DNA from: Blasia pusilla
Taxonomy: Eukaryota
Direction of reading: 5' to 3'
DNA length: 64,000 nt
Assembly (NCBI GenBank): GCA_050084515.1
Contig: CM114271.1
Coordinates: 21,514,001-21,578,000 of the forward strand
Every line of letters begins with the position of its first letter. Within the stretch, counting starts at the first letter, position 1. Below are positions 58,590 through 64,000 of this stretch, one piece after another. The notes under the pieces were generated by a model. The model did no database searches, was not told where the DNA came from, and saw nothing but the letters and a program-made list of their open reading frames with translations. The position numbers and the translations under genes are program-made.

Positions 58590-60536
58590 GTCACCTCCCT
58601 AATTATTTCCCTCGATGGATCCTTCGACATTTTGTACTATAATAGACAGCAGCAGCAGCAGCAGCAGCGTAGTTTTAGTCACCGATTGTAGATTACCATT
58701 CATATTCCCATAACCGTTCTATTTTTGGTGAGCGGCGCTGTAAAAAAGTGCCTAATGTCGCCGTTCCTGTAAAGCAGAGGTGGCTACCTCGTTTGTGATT
58801 TGCTAGTGGTTGACCGAAGTGAACATTTTCCGTTGCCTCTTGGTTATCTCGTGTAGCGTCGTTCACCGAATGCGATTTCAATTTCACTTCCGAGTTGTGC
58901 TTCTGTGGTGGTGACAAGCGATCATCTTGTTTCCTGTATGTCATCGTGGGAGGAGGTAGCCAGGGAAGCTAGACTGTCCGTGCGCACACACAAACACACC
59001 TCCAAGCTGGACCGAGCGTTGGAGCGCCTGGATTTCTGCGGATCTCCAGTCGATGTCTGCAGGGTACGGGCTCAAGAGGTTCAAGACTCTCCAGACAAAT
59101 ATTCCTGCTAGATTCTTGTGGAGTCGCATGAGCTGCTGATGAGCTCTGCCACCACCTCCAGAGTCCCCTCATCTCTATCGGAGATGCGTGGGTTCGCTCT
59201 GCTGTATATGCGTGGGTTCGCTCTGCTGTATGTACTTGACCCGTACATGGCATTGTGTCACACACGTGGAGGCGTTTCTACGAATTGATAAGCGAGTTTC
59301 ACAAACGGCCTGCCTCAGAGAAGGCTATGTTCGAGTTTACGCCCACATTCCTGTAGCCACAAAAAATGATTCACGTGGAGGACAACGGCCAATACACTCA
59401 CTATTCACGCGGTGCTCGATGAAGAAAGACTGCACCACTCGAGTCAGATTTAGATTCAGGATTCTCTCCCCATATTTCACCTCACAAAGCCCATGATTTG
59501 TTTTCTATCTGTCTTGTATAAACAGATACAAATTTGATTTACCAATTCTGTACTTGATACCGCTAGGATTGTGCCATCCAACAATTTGCTTCGCGTGTCT
59601 CTCCAGGAGATTCGCTTTCCGTAACAGCTGTGAAATATGTGTGCTGGCAAACCAGCGCCGAGCCACATGCGCTGCCAGACTGATGATGAAAGAAAGAATT
59701 TGGAAAAAGGGTCGACTGTGACAGTTCCTCCTGATGACCGGAATAATACTCCTACTTCCACATCATGTTCCACAAGCACCGAAAGTAGATGGTGTAAGCA
59801 ATAACTACAAGTAACTTAAATGACTCAGTCATTTTATATGACCGAGTCATTAAAGCCACGTGTCAAAAAATAAGTATCTCAAGCCCCAGCGGACAGTCCA
59901 ATCATTAACAATCGTTAAGAGAACAGAAGGCTAACTGAGCAACCACTGGTACCACGAAGCTGGAATCGATGTTCGCTGGAGCTGCTGTTCAGGAAATTGT
60001 GAAGTCATGTGAAGTAGAAATCGGTAGCGAGACGTTCCAGGGCATGGGTGTAGTATCTATTACTCACCATGGAGAAATGGAAATAAGCATCGCTGCAACA
60101 GTAATTACAAGTGGAAAATTCAATCCGCGTGGACATTCAATTACATGAATTCTCTCCATTACTTTACAAGACTGAATCCTATAGCTCTGCTCGCATGAAT
60201 ATTTTCACAGATGTTGTCTAACAGCCTGTTTCAGTATTTTGGTATCCTTTTGAGTGTAAAGTCTACACAATGCGGATGAGGTTCTAAGTATAGAAACCTT
60301 GAGAAAAATCTCGTGCACCCATTTGTGTTTGAGAGGAAGCTAATTTGTATTGACTCTAAGTAGAATGTGGGTGAATGTTCCCTGAACAATGAATGAAGCA
60401 ACTCCATTCTGATTGTTGTTACTCCAATAATCCCGAATTTCAGAGCAGGCTGCAAAATTTCCTAACATTTACAATCTTACAATAAATCGTTCCCCAGCCT
60501 CCAATTTATTTTACAATGAAAATGTTGACAGTTGAT

Positions 60537-63500
60537 TCATTCCCTAAATTCCGCAGTATGAACTTCCGGTGTTGCTGCTTTGTGTGTTCCATTCAGACCT
60601 GCATCCACCAAATCAGGCATCCATGACATACGATCTCCAAAAATTGCATTTCTATCCAAACAAATTCATGAAATCATAGCTGATGACAACGGCACATACC
60701 TGACAGGACTGTGTCTACAGCTGGGTTCGGAATATGTAGTCCCACAATACGTTGACTGTCATTTGTTGTCTCCAGTCGAACCACGCGAAGTCTTCTGTGG
60801 CTTGTCCGTACCTACATCACATAAATATATCTAAATCTTCTCTCCACCATGGTAGCTCAACATAAATCTTATCTAGGCCAGAGTAGCAAGACAAGTGAGA
60901 AGAATATGGACATAATTTGCAAACCTGCTTTGAAAGGGCTTTCTCCACAGCACCCCAAACTGGTAGAATAAGCCCACCCAATATGTTCATCTGCTGTATT
61001 CGTCTACCGACAGTACACATATCGCTAACTTTGCACTTAGGCCCGTGCATGCACTGCATCCCAAGCATGTCCTTATCTTAGGCCCACAAAGGAGGAATGA
61101 AAATCAACAAAACAAAAAGGATTTCCATATTTTAAAGGATACAGCTATGCTCTATTAAAACACATCATGGAAAATTAGCCGTAGAAGAAGTAGAAAATAT
61201 TAGGATCCATCAAATCCAAAGAGAATCTCATCAGATTTTACTTTCCTTAAAATTGTCACAAGTCAAAGTTGATAGAATGAGAAGGACCGGACAACCTGAC
61301 GGTAGATTCGAAAAATTTGAGAAAGTTACCTGGTTTTCTGACAATGTGTAATCTTTCAACCATCCTTCCTTGGCCTGTCCTGGCAAAGATATTTTGCTGT
61401 ACTTCCCTCGAAGCTCTGTCCATGACATTTCCCTAAGGAACATACACTCCAGTGGGTCAGCACACCTTTGGCTGGACCAAGAACAATAGCACTACATGAG
61501 ACACATAGCTAATGTCCACCTTGGCCCTATCAGTTCATCCTTTGCAGGGCCTATCAAACAATCACTTTCTCCATCAACCTAAACCTTATCTCACTTGCAG
61601 ATGGAAGACATTTCCTGGAGCTTCCTTCAGTACTTCAACTTGGTTATACCAAAAGCCTGTTACCTGGGGATCCACTCCAAACTAAGATCTCAAAGTAAAC
61701 TTCGCTGCTTGTAAGGAAGATGAGGGTTGCTAGTGAGAAAATCCAGTGAAGTGGAAGTTTTCCGTATCCAAACTTTGCGAGAACCAGAGAGAACCTTCAC
61801 TTCAAGGTTTTGTCTTTAGAAAGAAGAAAAGTGATTTATTAGGCTTCCGATGTTAGGTATAGTTTTCTTTCAAACTAGCAGGATCCAGTGTATGATTCTA
61901 TATTTCATTTCTAGTTTGTAGGTGGCAACTTCTGGTCTCAACTGTTCACAGAACGTTTATTCCCACAAGAAGCAATGCCAAATGAAGAAAACCAAATTTC
62001 ATCACAAGAACTTTTAATATTGCAGGCACCAATGACAAATGCAAGAGATTAAAGCAAGGATGAATAACCTTGGAGCCTCTCCGCTTGCTGGGCGAAAAAT
62101 CCTGAAATTGCGTGGGTTTGACCCAAATCTTCATAACACCAAAACCAAGGCAGACACATGTCAACAGGACTCCATCTAAATCTCCATGACAGTGAGTAAT
62201 TCTATCTCCTTTCCTTGGTTGTTTGAAGGATTTCTTTCAATACACTTGCAAAAGAAGCACACCAGCAATAGGTAATCTCTAAGCCAGAAGGGAGAGACTG
62301 TACTCATCAAGTAGTGCCTGTCGTGACCTTGCAACCATACTGGTTGCAAGGTCGCGACCCCAAACCCTGGTTGGCCCAGTGACATACTGTGTTCATTAAG
62401 TGTTGCCTGTCATAGCCTTGTAAACATAGACCCTGTGCCCTGGTTGGACAGTGCTAGACAATGGGATGGGAACAGGGAGAAGGTTACATATGAGAGCAGG
62501 GAGACCCTCATCTAGTCTGATTGCTGACCATATAGAGTGTTGGTGTGGAGCTTCCAGATATAAACCTCAATGAGTGAAGCGATTTCTTGTCCGCAAAGGG
62601 CCATGGGACTTTGATTTCCAAATAGAAGAGGGAAAAAAGAACATGCTCCAATTACTGGGAATTTGTGTAACAAAAGTTGAACACTCTTGAGACTTACTTT
62701 TCAATCGCGAGCAGATAGTGAGTCCTTCCATGCCATTCTCTTTTTGATTGATAAAAACCATTTTCGGACTTGCTCTCTTCCTCCCGACAATTATCCTCCA
62801 GTAGTCGACTAGCATCCTGAAAAAAATGCATCCAAATCCTTTCAATCAGCTACATAGGTTGTAAAAAATGGATTCTTAACAAATAGTATGGAAGATAACT
62901 TGAAATCGAGGTAGGGATCTGGAATTGCTTACCTCCCATGTGAGTCCCCTATCAATTCTGAGTACAAAAAGGGTGGTCAAAGCTCCAGACATTGGATCCC
63001 GATGCACTGCCTGCTCCATCGTGTTGTTAGAAAGTTGATTGAAAATTTAAGAAAAAGAATGATGAGGAAATTGTAAAGAAGCCTCAACTTGACCGTTCCC
63101 ACTTGAGACCAAGAGCAAGTACATAAGGCGAACCAGTTCAGCAGGAACAGTCCTGTTCGTGTCTTACTTTGTACAAATGTCACTTTCTGTGAAACCTGAA
63201 TTGTTAATCAGCCCTCTACGTCATAAATTGAACAGGCTTACAATACTCTGGGAATTTACCATTGCTGAGTGGATTTTGTGCAGATGAGTACCTCAAAAGA
63301 ATCGATTTCAATCAGCTATTTCTAAAGTAGGTTGGTGTTGGTTGGAGCTCAGGCTTACTCCTTTGGTTGACACTCCAGCATGAACGACTCCCTCAAGACT
63401 AAAGGGCTGATTCTAGCCAGCTAAGGTCGTGAATATGTCCCAAATACTGAGCTTGAAATTACAAAGACGAAGCAAATTTACCAAAAATCTGACTTGGAGT

Positions 63501-64000
63501 AAAGGTGGGCTGATAGGAGATCGTTGTAAAGTTGAAAATTGCTGAACTATGTTAATCTTTCCAGATGAAGCCCTGTCAGGTCTGGCCATATCCTTTCAAC
63601 CTGAAATGCATGGATTGCATATGATATGGAAAACTGGTGGCATTACATTGATACCAGTCGATCAATTACAAGATATAACGTAGCTGAACATGGTGTAAGG
63701 CAGACAAGAAGGACAACCTTTGGCTCTTCTTGCAACTCGATAAGGTTTGCTTTGATATCCACAATCCCTGAATCAAACTGCCCATCCTTGCGAGCCCCTT
63801 GTACTAGATCATCAAATATGTTCACGAAGTACTCAAAGATACTGCACACTCAATTAAAAGATGCTGATTAGTAAAACATGCCAGACTTATGCCATACATT
63901 GTGTGAATGGAAAGATAGAGCTCATGCTAAACAAAAACACAATCTTGCTACAGGAAAGAGATCATTGTGGAATCCAGAATGACTGGAATAAAGTCTTTTT
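60537..64000 (-). CDS. FGT1: FORGETTER1 / strawberry notch (SBNO) homolog, 3' exons only; the gene continues beyond the window
   Basis: Exons encode FEYFVNIFDDLVQGARKDGQFDSGIVDIKAN, RIDRGLTWE, NGFYQSKREWHGRTHYLLA, CMHGPKCK...GGLILPVWGAVEKALSKQ and RRLRVVRLETTNDSQRIVGLHIPN. Putative stop at 60537-60539. Confidence 0.9.

Overview
This is eukaryotic nuclear DNA from a seed-free land plant with flagellated sperm, probably a bryophyte (inferred from an intact radial-spoke RSP11/ROPN1L gene among typical plant genes). There are six host genes: a BT1-type adenine nucleotide carrier (-), a soluble epoxide hydrolase ending in PTS1 (+), RSP11/ROPN1L (-), a reticulon of the RTNLB17/18/21 type (+), an SLT1/FYD-type HSP20-like gene with a candidate uORF (+), and the 3' part of FORGETTER1/strawberry notch (-). 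Decayed transposons fill 0-10.5 kb and about 23.7-49 kb. The main result is a nested stack at 1211-9790 containing two related Ty3/gypsy-like retroelement families. The inner element places a DNMT3-like C5 cytosine methyltransferase directly after the protease and has a DDE integrase followed by a PHD finger. The outer element keeps the same protease, linker and MTase motif I. Neither has ordinary paired LTRs. Both end in PPT-B1-(2 nt)-A2-B2, and the outer element starts with A1 alone and has no recognisable tRNA primer site. This split-direct-repeat layout is normally associated with tyrosine-recombinase retroelements, yet these elements have TG...CA ends and a 4-bp TSD. All copies here are degenerate. 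Every assignment comes from manual translation and motif recognition; no database search was run.
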